From the sequence record NC_049438.1: DNA of 64,000 bases. One strand, 5' to 3'. The stretch's first letter is position 1. The number at the start of each line of letters is the position of its first letter. Shown piece after piece: positions 63,513-64,000 of the stretch. The notes under the pieces are model-generated. The model saw only the letters and a list, made by a program, of their open reading frames with translations. It had not been told where the DNA came from and searched no databases. The stretch is from Acinetobacter phage vB_ApiM_fHyAci03. The translations under genes were made by a program, and so were the position numbers.

Positions 63513-64000
63513 TGACTACAAAACTTAAACTTCCATATGTTGATGGAATTCCAGAAGACGGGCAACGCCGTCTTTCTTGGATCAGAGATGGCGAACTCCT
63601 TGAAGGTGCCAAAAGTAGATACGGGAGTGAAGGCAACCTGAATCTTATGCAAAAACAACTCCAAGAAAATATTGTTGTTATTGCAAATGAAATTGATAAC
63701 GCTAATGTGTCTAATGCTATTATTGAAGATGAATTAGAAAAAATCAAAGAAATTTTAGCAGATGTAGGCAATACTTCGCTCATCGAACAGGTTAACGAAA
63801 ATAAAAATAACATTGATGATTTAAAGGATTCTTTAGACGAGTATTCTAAAGGTGTAGAACAATCTGTTACTGATCTCAAATCTTTAGTGGGATCACCTAT
63901 TCAATTTGTAGATGGAAATCTAACGGCATTTGAAAACTTGCACTTTATCAAATCAGTAATAGGTAATGAAAAAGATTTTGATGTTAATGGTGATTCAGCG
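63512..64000 (+). CDS. wac: fibritin (whisker) Wac, N-terminal part (continues past window end)
   Basis: ATG overlapping gp12 stop; LPYVDG.P.DGQRR.SWI..GE.L.GA.SRYGSEG matches T4 Wac N-terminus; open to window end. Confidence 0.75.
   Translation, partial: MTTKLKLPYVDGIPEDGQRRLSWIRDGELLEGAKSRYGSEGNLNLMQKQLQENIVVIANEIDNANVSNAIIEDELEKIKEILADVGNTSLIEQVNENKNNIDDLKDSLDEYSKGVEQSVTDLKSLVGSPIQFVDGNLTAFENLHFIKSVIGNEKDFDVNGDSA

Noticed and set aside
63499-63879. Minus-strand 126-aa ORF
   Set aside because: It lies entirely antisense within the wac (fibritin) coding region on the plus strand, has low-complexity Ser-rich translation, and has no RBS.
1-64000. CRISPR arrays, integrases, IS elements, rRNA
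   Set aside because: No direct-repeat/spacer arrays, tyrosine or serine recombinase-like ORFs, transposase-like ORFs or rRNA-like GC-rich blocks were seen. The window is consistent with a virulent phage genome.

Overview
This 64 kb window is a gene-dense, AT-rich segment of a T4-like (Straboviridae, T-even-type) myovirus genome. Gene order matches T4 almost gene-for-gene.

Minus strand, transcribed from high to low coordinates:
- Head and tail completion genes: 4, 2, 3, 1, 57A, 57B.
- A tRNA cluster at 42280-45222.
- A lysis and periplasmic-protein block containing rI and an SLT-type lytic transglycosylase.
- The nrdC/49 region.
- Late sigma factor gp55.
- The recombination and replication core: 47, 46, 45, 44, 62, regA, 43.
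- An imm-like gene.
- A sugar-nucleotide and DNA-modification island: SIS arabinose-5-phosphate isomerase, a fused nucleotidyltransferase/kinase, a HAD phosphatase, a gp42-like dNMP hydroxymethylase, a TMPK-like kinase and two paralogous GT-B glycosyltransferases.
- Helicase gp41.

Plus strand, from 49.4 kb:
- The baseplate module 53, 5, 5.1, 5.4 (PAAR), 6, 7, 8, 9, 10, 11.
- Short tail fibre gp12.
- The start of fibritin (wac).

Notable non-canonical features:
- The PolB DNA polymerase gene 43 is split into two separately translated ORFs (43A at 16860-18368, 43B at 13681-14853). They are separated by about 2 kb carrying five or six small ORFs plus a promoter-like element.
- The same roughly 58-bp promoter/leader block is found again, inverted, in the gp3-gp2 intergenic region. 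There it may drive a roughly 130-nt terminator-bounded small RNA.
- The modification island (4.2-11.4 kb) looks like a complete de novo NDP-pentose pathway, probably NDP-arabinose, feeding glycosylation of hydroxymethyl-pyrimidine DNA.
- A GGQ-less release-factor-domain mini-protein sits among the tRNAs.
- Several tRNA-like genes have aberrant structure: a broken acceptor stem, a missing D-arm, and a type-I tRNA with a UAG anticodon.

All coordinates for RNA genes and regulatory sites were derived by hand folding and may be off by a few bases.
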